Source: Epithemia pelagica (lineage: Eukaryota > Protista > Bacillariophyta). From it: a stretch of 64,000 nucleotides of DNA. Within the stretch, counting starts at the first letter, position 1, and each line of letters opens with the position of its first letter. Location of the stretch: NCBI GenBank assembly GCA_946965045.2, contig OX337241.1, positions 2,604,001 through 2,668,000 on the forward strand. The letters run 5' to 3'. The notes under the pieces are model-generated. The model was given only the letters and a program-made list of their open reading frames with translations. It was not told the origin of the DNA and did not search any database. Position numbers and translations under genes: made by a program. This document shows, piece by piece, positions 54,986 to 64,000 of this stretch.

Positions 54986-56318
54986 ATCAAGCCTTGTCCC
55001 TGCCATATCGTGGTTGTGCGGCGGTCATGGCCAATCGGTTTCACGGATCCGCCTCTCCACTTCTCGAGCCAAGCGAGCGCCTCCACATTTGGGCACAACG
55101 TGCCCAGACATTCACAAAGAAGATCCCGAACGGCGCCAGTCACAGAAACATACTTGTGCGCCACCAGAATGGCCGGCCGTAGTATCTGGCCGTTGATTCC
55201 CCACTCAGGAGTCGTCGTCCAGTGAGCCCACTCATTCCACCACAAAATCCAACAAGGCTTGCGCAAGACATTTTGCGAGGCCCGATTGCGTGCCTCTCGA
55301 ATTCTTTGTTTTCATATGGTGCCTTGATAACATTCCTCGTATCGTTCTTCCATGGAGTGCACTGCGTGTAAAGGGAATGTGTTCGCCATAAGAGAGAGGC
55401 ATGTGATTCCAAACTAGATTGCAACTGAGCCTTGGAGTATCCGATAGAAGTTGTGGCACTGCTCCCGGTATTTGATGAATGGAATCCGTGGAGCGTCTTG
55501 TTGCGACCTTTGGACGGCCCGTGGTCAAAGATGATGACGAGAAACCAGAACTATGATACCATGGGTTGAGCCTGAGCGTTGGTCCGTCCCGTTGCTTTCG
55601 TTCGTCGTCCTCCGATTCATTTGAGGGAGCACCACGCAAAACCGCATCCTCCTGAGATGGTTCTCGCTTTCGGTTGCAAATCTCCAAAAACAACATCAGC
55701 AAAATTGGGATATGGAACAATATGCTCAGGGTCTGCTTCCAATATTTTTCCTTCCTTTGAAGACTACAATGACGTTGGGCCACGCCATCTTTACCTCTCA
55801 AGTCTCAATGCCGACAAGCCCGCACTGGAATGGTGTCGTCACAAATCGACCAATTGCATGGCACTGGGCGACGTCCAATTGGTCGCTGAAGCCGTGTTGT
55901 TGTGGTGTGGTTCGACCATCCCCAACTCCTCCGCGAAAATTGATGGCGATTGGCACTGCTCGTATTGCTTCAACGCAGCGGCACCACCACCACCACCACC
56001 GCAATCCGGGTGCCTTTTCGGAGACACAGTCAATCTTGGTGGACGCTTGCATGGGTCCCACACCAACAAGATTTCATATAGGTAGAGTGTGTGTTGCGGA
56101 TCGACAAACTCTGGATTGGAACCATGATGTTTGATGTATGTGAGACGAATCGGTTTCACGGATTCGCATCTCCGCTAACCAAGCCAACCGAGAGCGCCTC
56201 CCTAGCTATTTGGGTACAACGTGCCCACACATACACAAGGAAGATCCCACGATTGGCGCCAAACACACTTGTGCGCCACCGGTCGTAGTTTTTCCGGGCG
56301 TTGTCGAATTTATGAATC

Positions 56319-56423
56319 GTGATCGTGAATGCCTAATACCTCTAGTAGTAGATGCTATTTGAGTACACAACGAATCACTATCCACAAGTACTCGCGCTAG
56401 GGCGTAGTATCGCTTAGCCTTCG
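56319..56423 (+). repeat. 105-bp direct repeat, left copy
   Basis: gtgatcgtgaatgcc...cgcttagccttcg; two mismatches versus 57529-57633. Confidence 0.93.
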
Positions 56424-56543
56424 ACAAGATCTCGTAAAAACACCGACGAGGACGCCACGAAAGGGTCCGGATGTCGTATCGAAAGCATAGTCTTTCTTTC
56501 TACAGCTTTGAATGAAGACCTCAACTCGTTCACTCTAGCAGCA

Positions 56544-57467
56544 ATGAGCAGCGAAAAGACGACAAACGAAGAAGAGAAGAAACACGAGGAACTGGGGGGA
56601 TTTGAGAGCAAGGGTGAGGACGAGGACAAAGACGAAGACAAAGACGAGACCGACGACGAGGTGACATTATTGACGCCGCAACTAGCGTCGATTTTCGGTG
56701 ACCACAGCTTTGGCACGGAGGATTCTTTGCACCAGTTCATGGACGAGAAAGGCATTGGTGACTTGCGCATTGTGTTGGTTGACGGAAAGCCACGTTTGGT
56801 GATGCCAACAGATCAGCACAACTCTTTTACATCAAAACACGTGTTTAAGTTCGCCGTCCTTCACGGGAAATGGGGGTATGTTAGTGGCACACACAATGTG
56901 CATCTTTCGACAAATTCTCGTCGTGAACCAGATGTAAGCTTCTTTGGCTACGTTCGTTGCATGCGGGACAAAAATGGAGTCTTGGAGCTAAAAGATAAAG
57001 GGGCCGTCCCGGATGTTATAATTCAGTTTAGCTGGAAGAATAAAAGAGGATACGAAGAGGAAGCCATGGACGATATGATGAATTTATCTCTCGAAAACGA
57101 AAGAGGCACTCTGTCCCGTGACCGCCCTAGAGTTGGTTATCTGATCAAAGTCCGCTTCTCGAAAAAGCGACCCCTCCCCGGGTCTATTAAAGGGACCAAC
57201 ACTCAAGATTTGGAAGGGTTGGACATTTTTCGGCTGCCGCATGGAACGACTGTCAATGATGCCATGAACGGGAACAATGGAGCCAGTAAATGGGCCTACT
57301 TCCCATCCACTGGACTAGATGACGAGATTCATATCCGTCCACAAGACCTTGGAATTACGGGATTCTGGTCCGTGTTTTGGGGTGGTTACCGGGTCAAAGT
57401 GTCCGAGATCTTTGACGAAATGAATAGCTTCCATAAAGCTCGTCAGAGCCAAGGGCTTGCGACTTGA
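56544..57467 (+). CDS. Uma2/DUF820-like restriction-endonuclease-fold protein (307 aa from the ATG), intronless
   Basis: LRIVLVDGKPRLVMPTDQH, RREPDVSFF and PDVIIQFSWKN follow the Uma2 pattern (El..G...mp...H; PD; PD.v.EV.S), with Q at the E position. Confidence 0.72.
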   Translation: MSSEKTTNEEEKKHEELGGFESKGEDEDKDEDKDETDDEVTLLTPQLASIFGDHSFGTEDSLHQFMDEKGIGDLRIVLVDGKPRLVMPTDQHNSFTSKHVFKFAVLHGKWGYVSGTHNVHLSTNSRREPDVSFFGYVRCMRDKNGVLELKDKGAVPDVIIQFSWKNKRGYEEEAMDDMMNLSLENERGTLSRDRPRVGYLIKVRFSKKRPLPGSIKGTNTQDLEGLDIFRLPHGTTVNDAMNGNNGASKWAYFPSTGLDDEIHIRPQDLGITGFWSVFWGGYRVKVSEIFDEMNSFHKARQSQGLAT

Positions 57468-57528
57468 TTTGGGAGTCGCATACATAGTACACATGTGAAT
57501 TTGACTTTTTTGGGAGGTCAAGTAGTAA

Positions 57529-57633
57529 GTGATCGTGAATGCCTAATACCTCTAGTAGTAGATGCTATTTGAGTACACAACGAATCACAATCCACAAGTA
57601 CTCGTGCTAGGGCGTAGTATCGCTTAGCCTTCG
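57529..57633 (+). repeat. 105-bp direct repeat, right copy
   Basis: Matches 56319-56423. Confidence 0.93.
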
Positions 57634-57950
57634 CCAACGCACACGCCTCCTCCCTCCTCCTCCGCTTCCGCGCTGTTGGTGGGAAAAGCTTCATCATGCA
57701 CACACTCGAAGCCGCACACTCGAAGCTTGAAGCGTTGGAAAACAAAACCCGCACAACCAGACACAAATCGTGGTACCACAACAAACGAACCTGACATTTG
57801 CAGATACATACATACAAACAAACAATCGGTACAAACAATCGGTACCATTGACAACGTGCAGGATTTGGACAAGGCCGGCAGGAGTCAGTAAAGTTTCCGA
57901 ACAAGAGTCTTTTCGAAGCTCGAAGTGGTTTTTGTCATTCACATTGAAAA

Positions 57951-59303
57951 ATGGACAACAAAGAGAATGACAAGACCAACGTACCCATGACAACTGAAGA
58001 GGCCTCATCCCCTGCCATCGCTTCCTCGCAGTCAGACATGGAGACTGTCTTGCAGCAATTACAACAAATTATAGCCACCGAGGTCTCCAAAATTCAAAAG
58101 GAAATGGCCACCAAAGAAGACATTGACAAGATCCGAGAAGAAATGGCCACCAAAGAAGAGATTGCCGAAATTCGAGAGGAAATGGCCACCAAAGAAGAGA
58201 TTGCCAAAATTCGAGAGGAAATGGCCACGAAAAAAGATGTGACCACCATCACCGATAAACTGGACCGCCTTTTGGTGGCCACTCCTGCTGCTGCCATCCC
58301 GGAGGGCAATTTTGTTCTATCCCCGCCCCGAGAGGACTTTGCCGCGCCTGTGATACAGGGGGGTCGGTGGACCTTTTCGCTGGTGAAGCACCGCTCGAGT
58401 GAAGACAACGACTATAGGTACTTCGTAGTGAGCTGTGCCCATTGCGCACTGCGGCAATGGTTTTACGAAGGTGAAGCCGACGAGACTACCGATTCTGTGT
58501 ATCTTACAGTGCCGAACAAAATTATGAATGTTGCTCAACGAGTGGGCTTTGTGTTTACGGAGGATAGCAAACTGCGAGACTTTGTGGCAATCGAAGTCAA
58601 CCTGAAGGGTGACAATCCAACGGGGGTAAAGAAGGAAGATGCTCTCGAGTGGCCCAACAACAACCAAGCGACTGTCGAGCTCGGTCGTCCAAATTCGTCC
58701 GCAGGACATTCGCACAGTGCACCCGTTCGGGGGCAAAACGTTGTCTATGGTAATGATGGGAACTTTCATTTTGTTGCCGATTCAAGAGAGAAAGGTAACA
58801 GCGGGGCCATCATGTTTTTGGAAAACAGAACATTGGTGGGAAATAATCAAGTGCATGTCCTTGGACTATTCAAGGGGACCAAAGACATTGGAAGAAAGGG
58901 AGAATATGAAGAAAGAGGGGCCATTCTTCCATTTCCCAATTTCGATAATGTTCAGTTTGGGGAATTGCAAGGGAAAGCGGATCTGCCCAGGCAGCTGAAT
59001 TCTAGGTCAGTAACGACCGACAAAGAAGACACCCGCCTTTTCATAAGGCCCGAGAACGATAAAGACGGCTACTACTACTTGAGTACCGATCCGCGAAACC
59101 CAATCCCACTTCGCCAAGCGACGTTCCCGTCAATAACCTGGAACCGAACAATGGTTGCTTCTGCTCACCAGGGTCGCGGCTCTCACGGCACGAGTGCCTA
59201 TGGTGGTGACGATGATGGTGCCTATGGTGGTGACGATGATGGTGCCTATGGTGGTGACGATGATGGTGACGATGGCGGTTGTTGGAGGGTGTTTTCTGGG
59301 TGA
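57951..59303 (+). CDS. Coiled-coil-repeat + trypsin-like serine protease, 450 aa, intronless
   Basis: Four 11-aa EEMATKE(D/E)I repeats. Putative triad SCAH / RDFVAI / GNSG. C-terminal GAYGGDDD repeats from a 24-bp unit at about 59199-59274. Confidence 0.68.
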   Translation: MDNKENDKTNVPMTTEEASSPAIASSQSDMETVLQQLQQIIATEVSKIQKEMATKEDIDKIREEMATKEEIAEIREEMATKEEIAKIREEMATKKDVTTITDKLDRLLVATPAAAIPEGNFVLSPPREDFAAPVIQGGRWTFSLVKHRSSEDNDYRYFVVSCAHCALRQWFYEGEADETTDSVYLTVPNKIMNVAQRVGFVFTEDSKLRDFVAIEVNLKGDNPTGVKKEDALEWPNNNQATVELGRPNSSAGHSHSAPVRGQNVVYGNDGNFHFVADSREKGNSGAIMFLENRTLVGNNQVHVLGLFKGTKDIGRKGEYEERGAILPFPNFDNVQFGELQGKADLPRQLNSRSVTTDKEDTRLFIRPENDKDGYYYLSTDPRNPIPLRQATFPSITWNRTMVASAHQGRGSHGTSAYGGDDDGAYGGDDDGAYGGDDDGDDGGCWRVFSG

Positions 59304-59682
59304 GTTTTTGTTGTTCGTGGGACGACGGGGAGAGACTGGGGTCTACTCATGGTAGAATGTAGGTTTATGTACGTAGCCTGCTTAGATGGACAGGGATAGC
59401 CCTCTTAATTACTACCTAGGTAGGTAGAGTGCCCACTTCAGTGTACCATTTTTGTGGATGCTCGAAGTGCCCACTGCGGACCTGCTTCAGTTCACAATAC
59501 TTGTAGATGCTCGACTTCCTTGACTACTACTCCTATCGACTTGAACTCGAATGGGCCACTCGCTGGTTGGTTTTTGGCTGTAACGTCTATAACTATAAGT
59601 AGTACAGGATTCTCTTGTTGTATACACTGTTTGTAGTTTCCAAAAAAGACACACACATGACAATCCTCAGGAATGTGGAGTA

Positions 59683-62310
59683 TCATCCTTCTCGTTTCAC
59701 CTTGGCTTGTTGGGCAGCCAAGGCCGAACCCAATTCTTCCAATTTTCGTTTGGACGACGACGACGACGAGTTGGAATGTTGCTGTGATAAATTGGCCAAG
59801 GATCGAGAGGACAAGGCATTGGCCAAGGCTGGATTGGATTGCAACAATTGTTGTTGGGCCAACAACCGAGCCATGTCTGGATTGGTTCCACCACTGCTAC
59901 TGCCAGTGCCGCCATGTTGTTGTTGTTGTTGCGCCGCGGCCACGGCCAATTGTTGCTGCATGAGGGGAATATTCAAGAGTCCTGGATCTTGATGGGGAAT
60001 ATCCCCCGTGGCCATGAGACTCAAAAAATCATCCACTGACGAATTGCGTTGGGCCAACCCATCTTGGACTCTCAAGGCGGACAAACCCGTACTACTGGAA
60101 TCTTGAACTCTTAAGGCGGACGACAAGCCCGTACGACTGGAATCTTGTCGTAACAAATCGGCCAATTGCATGGCACTGGGCGAGGTCAAATTGGCAACCG
60201 AAGCCGTGTGATGGTTGGTGGACGATCCTCCCCCCAGTCCTCCCAAGAAACTGGCCGCTGATTCCTTGTCCATATTCCGCAAAAATTGATTGAGATTGGC
60301 ACTGCTTGTATTGCTCAACGACGACGAAGTGGCAGCACCACCACTCGTCGTCGTCGACGAAGAAGTCCCCGTGGCCGCGGTACCACCGGGATTGGACGAC
60401 GTGGCCCCTGCGGCAGCTGCTAGACTGGTACTACTAATCGTGGTCCCATCTCCCGCTGTCAAACTGGCCATGGGATCGGTCGAGGAAGGCGTATTCGTCA
60501 AGCCATGCGCGTGATTGGACGACGACGACAAGAGCGACCCGAGTCGTCCGGCCGACGACAATCGTTGAGCCGACGAGGACGACAAGTTGGACGAACTCGT
60601 CAATCCAAAATCGGCATTTTTGAGTCCAGCCGAAGGATGGCTCGTGGCCGCACCACCACCGCCGGTTTGAATCAAATTGGCCAAATTGTCAATGGATTGA
60701 AAGGATTGAAAATCCAGGGACATGAGAGCATCAAAGGAATTTTTGCGTTTCATGGCATTGCTCAAGGAAGCTGTCGACAAGCCCCGGGCGGCTGCCATGG
60801 CCGCTTGTTGTTCGTGTTGCTGCTGTTGTTGCGGATCATTGGTCGAATGCAAGAAATTGGCCATGCTCGATGGATTGCTCCCCAACCCGGCCAATCGCAC
60901 CGCCGACGCATTTTGGGCCAATTGGGCCAAGGCAGCACTCGACAAGCCATTGGTCGACGACGAAGCCGCAAAGGGATGATTGCTCGTTGTAGGGGTGGCC
61001 GTGCCACTATTGAGCGTGGCGGTACTCCCATTCAAGGCCGTTTGCAAAAAGGATTGATGGGAGGCACGTCGTTGCAATTGGGCCAACAAATCCGAAGCCG
61101 AATTGTTGTTGTTATTGTTGTTGTTGGCAAAGGGACGACCATCCACGGCTGTATTGTTGTTGTTGTTGTTGTTGTTGGTCAAGCCCAAGGCGGCCATGGC
61201 ATCATTGTTGTGATTGGAATTCGACGACGAGGATCCCACCAAACTTCCCAACAAGGCTCGTCCGGCCGCGGCGGCGGACGGATTGGACGACAAGTGCGCC
61301 GCGGCAAAGGCGGCTCCTTGTCCTTGCTTGTATCCACTGGGGGGCAACAACCAGGGCGGTGTCGTTCCACTACCACTACCGCCATCCAACAAGCCGCCCA
61401 TGCCCAAGAGTGCTGCTCGTTGTTGCTGTTGTTGTTGCTGCTGCTGTTCCGAAGCGGCCAACAAGACGGCCGACATGGACGAATTGCCAGCAGCTGCGGC
61501 GGCCGCCAAGAGATCGGCGGCCGTGGCAGGGCCAGTTCCTCCCAATCCATGCGACCCAAAGCCTCCAGCTCCACTGAGCGCCGCAGCCAAGGGATTGTTG
61601 CCCGCGGCTGCAGCCATGGCTACCATATCACCAGCCCCACCATTGCCCACCAAGGCACTGGAAGGCAATCCATTGGTCGTATTCGGAGTAGGCGTGACAC
61701 TATTATTTCCGGCTGCCGGAGTCGTGGTGTTGGTGGCGCTCGGATTCGTCGTGGTCGTCGTCGTGGTGGTGACCATGGCATTGGATTTGACGCGGTTGGT
61801 TTGGGCGACGCGTTCCAGAAAGCGTCGTTCCAATTCCGACAATTCGGCCCGCGAGGTTTGAATTTGTTCGGGCGTGAGTCGATTCAAATCGGCCGTGCGA
61901 CGACGAAAGACTTGCTTGCCAATGCAATTGGACCCGACAAATTTTTTGCTAATGCGCATGGGATCGCAATTCAACAATTTGGACAAGAACGTGCGCAACG
62001 TCGTGCCATCGGTGAGAGGCAACAAGCCCGCCTTGAATTCTTGAATCAAGCGATTGGCGTAAGCTTCTTCTTCGGCCGTCCATTTGCCACGACGCAAGGG
62101 AGGACCCTTGCTGTTGTTGTTGCTGTTTGATTTGTTGTTGTTGTTGTTGTTGCTATTGTTATTATTGGACTTGTTGTTGTTGGTATTGTTCGAAGTGGTG
62201 GTCGTTGTGGCTTCGGGAGGTCGTTGGTGGGGCGGTTGCATGGCCCCCTCGGCTCCCACACCATCGGCTTGAGCCGCACTTTGCGCGGCTTGCAACACCA
62301 AACTGGACAT
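59683..62310 (-). CDS. Myb-like putative transcription factor (875 aa) with long low-complexity tail
   Basis: LRRGKWTAEEEAYANRLIQEFKAGLL...GTTLRTFLSKLLNCDPMRISKKF, a domain conserved in stramenopiles. N/Q/A/S-rich remainder. Confidence 0.85.
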   Translation of the reverse strand: MSSLVLQAAQSAAQADGVGAEGAMQPPHQRPPEATTTTTSNNTNNNKSNNNNSNNNNNNKSNSNNNSKGPPLRRGKWTAEEEAYANRLIQEFKAGLLPLTDGTTLRTFLSKLLNCDPMRISKKFVGSNCIGKQVFRRRTADLNRLTPEQIQTSRAELSELERRFLERVAQTNRVKSNAMVTTTTTTTTNPSATNTTTPAAGNNSVTPTPNTTNGLPSSALVGNGGAGDMVAMAAAAGNNPLAAALSGAGGFGSHGLGGTGPATAADLLAAAAAAGNSSMSAVLLAASEQQQQQQQQQRAALLGMGGLLDGGSGSGTTPPWLLPPSGYKQGQGAAFAAAHLSSNPSAAAAGRALLGSLVGSSSSNSNHNNDAMAALGLTNNNNNNNNTAVDGRPFANNNNNNNNSASDLLAQLQRRASHQSFLQTALNGSTATLNSGTATPTTSNHPFAASSSTNGLSSAALAQLAQNASAVRLAGLGSNPSSMANFLHSTNDPQQQQQHEQQAAMAAARGLSTASLSNAMKRKNSFDALMSLDFQSFQSIDNLANLIQTGGGGAATSHPSAGLKNADFGLTSSSNLSSSSAQRLSSAGRLGSLLSSSSNHAHGLTNTPSSTDPMASLTAGDGTTISSTSLAAAAGATSSNPGGTAATGTSSSTTTSGGAATSSSLSNTSSANLNQFLRNMDKESAASFLGGLGGGSSTNHHTASVANLTSPSAMQLADLLRQDSSRTGLSSALRVQDSSSTGLSALRVQDGLAQRNSSVDDFLSLMATGDIPHQDPGLLNIPLMQQQLAVAAAQQQQQHGGTGSSSGGTNPDMARLLAQQQLLQSNPALANALSSRSLANLSQQHSNSSSSSSKRKLEELGSALAAQQAKVKREG

Positions 62311-64000
62311 GATAAAAAGTGTAGTAGTGGTGGTTGTGGTTCTTGAGGCTCGTCAAGGTTCCAGGTTACTTCTGGGTGGGTGGGTTCATCCAAGACAATT
62401 CGACTAGAGGTAGTTCCATCGACAAACAATAATACAAAAGAGCCATTGGCCAAAAACCAACAACAACAACATCAAGAGGCATGAGACAACAACACCAAAT
62501 CAAGGAAATCCACACGCAACGATGTAGGCTTCTTCTCTAGTACTACTGCTCTCCCCTTGCGGCGAGAGGACCCTAGGACTCCTGGAACCCAACACCGCAG
62601 GAGAGCCATCCTCTCTTTGGGGGTGGAATGACTCTCCTACTCCTAGCGGATTCGAATGGTGTTGGGGTTCACATCCTCCTCATCCAAAGGCTTGGAAGAG
62701 GACATTGTCTTTCTCTCACACACAAAGATGAATGAAACCACACGAGTCCATTCATCTCTATATTGTTTTAGAGAATGGACTTACCAAAACGGAAAACGAG
62801 AGAAGTCCAACGCAACGTCAAGTTGATGATGAAGGAACGATGATGGATGATTGTTGATTGTCTCTGTCTCTCTTCAACGTACAATACCATTTCTGCTGTT
62901 GAATGTTCGCTTCAAGCAAGAGAGAGAGAGAGTCTTCCACTATAACAACGGGAAAGTTATCATTCACGTAGAATTTGTACGAATTTCTACGAGAGTCAGA
63001 GATCGCTCCAGTCAGGCCCTTCTTCGGGCGTTGCACTTCCACGATCGATTTCAGCCCCCCTCGCTCGCCAATGAATCTTGCCATGGCCTCTCCCAAAATG
63101 CCCCCTAAAAGGAATAAACAATGGGGGTGGTTCATGAAGTTCCAACACTCCGTACGGACAGACCACTTCTTTGGACACTCTTGATGCCCCCATTATGTAA
63201 CAACCATCAAGGGGTGCCCGTGGCAGTTCGAATCCACACCATCGATCCAGGGGGCCTGCCCCCCGGCATATGCCCCCATGTGGGGCAAATCTCTACCCAG
63301 TCAGCGTCTGGAAAACTTCTTCCGGAACTTTGAAGACACTACATCAATGTGTACTACTTATGAGTACAGTCAGAGATTATTCTATAGTACAATCATACTA
63401 TCTGCGACCCCTTTTCGTGCGACTCTTTTTCTGCGACCCGAGTGGGAAGGACGAATGCGTGAGTCGTCCAGGAGATCCAAGAGCACCGACCATGACTGAA
63501 TCCATCCAGATTCTTCGCTGAATGCTCACATAAAATAGACTCGGAGCAGCAAGCAGAGGAACCAAGCAATCCCGAAGCAAAGCGGAACAGTCGATCGAGA
63601 TTGCACATCACCACCACCACTGACCAGCAACACAAACGACACAGTATGCGAAAACGCAGAACCTCGAGTCACCATGCGGCTGTGTCGTCACGGAGTAGTA
63701 GCAGCAGTATGACCACGGCGGCGGCCGACGACGATCGATCCTTGGCCGTTGCCACTTCGGCGACTACGACAACCGCCACACGATCTCGATCGACCAACTC
63801 CAAATCTTTGAAATCCTTGGGCGACCACGAGACATCGTCTCCCTTGACGACCAACCCGAAAAAAGGAGGAGGAGGTCTCTTGGCGTCCTTTCGATCGGCA
63901 TCTCCACCCATGACCAAATCATCCAGGAATCCGAGTCCACCGACTACCAGCAAATCCATATCATCGACTGTACCACCACCACCACCACCACCACCACCAC

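Noticed and set aside
55232-57904. Short ORFs in the patchwork region as real genes
   Set aside because: They are composed of shuffled duplicated fragments with stops and frame changes; no independent support.
60505-62130. 541-aa plus-strand ORF and other long antisense ORFs (e.g. 37474-37920, 35888-36697)
   Set aside because: They are mirror frames of low-complexity, GC3-rich coding sequence on the opposite strand and have no domain motifs.

Overview
Eukaryotic, AT/GC-balanced nuclear DNA, most likely from a diatom. This is inferred from CoDi-type copia elements, diatom-style gene families and short 71-113 nt GT-AG introns. The left 24.5 kb is a nested transposon cluster. It holds the right end of a CACTA/Plavaka-like DNA transposon with a 105-bp tandem array inside its transposase, and a non-autonomous 153-bp-LTR element with unusual CA...TG ends. 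Nested in that element is an 8.3-kb copia with 783-bp LTRs, an extra 5' ORF and a deleted YVDD motif. A hAT deletion derivative, a Penelope-like RT/GIY-YIG element and a hAT MITE follow. The rest holds an HMG-box pseudogene, a RING E3 gene, and two tandem paralogs of a ~1,620-aa HExxH-membrane/Ntn-amidotransferase/SIS/EF-hand fusion. Between those paralogs sit an intact copia and a class-3 lipase. Further right is a patchwork region with intronless PcfJ-like, Uma2-like nuclease and trypsin-like genes, then a Myb-like transcription-factor gene. The most notable signals are: (1) all three LTR elements appear to be primed by tRNA 5' halves that are not initiator Met (Asn and Ile anticodon arms, in the same register); (2) an LTR element with CA...TG termini and a 4-bp TSD; (3) the amidotransferase fusion whose catalytic Cys is masked by a zinc-protease-like membrane domain; (4) a nuclease gene cassette bounded by 105-bp direct repeats. 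All alignments were done by eye and no database searches were run, so family names rest on motif recognition.
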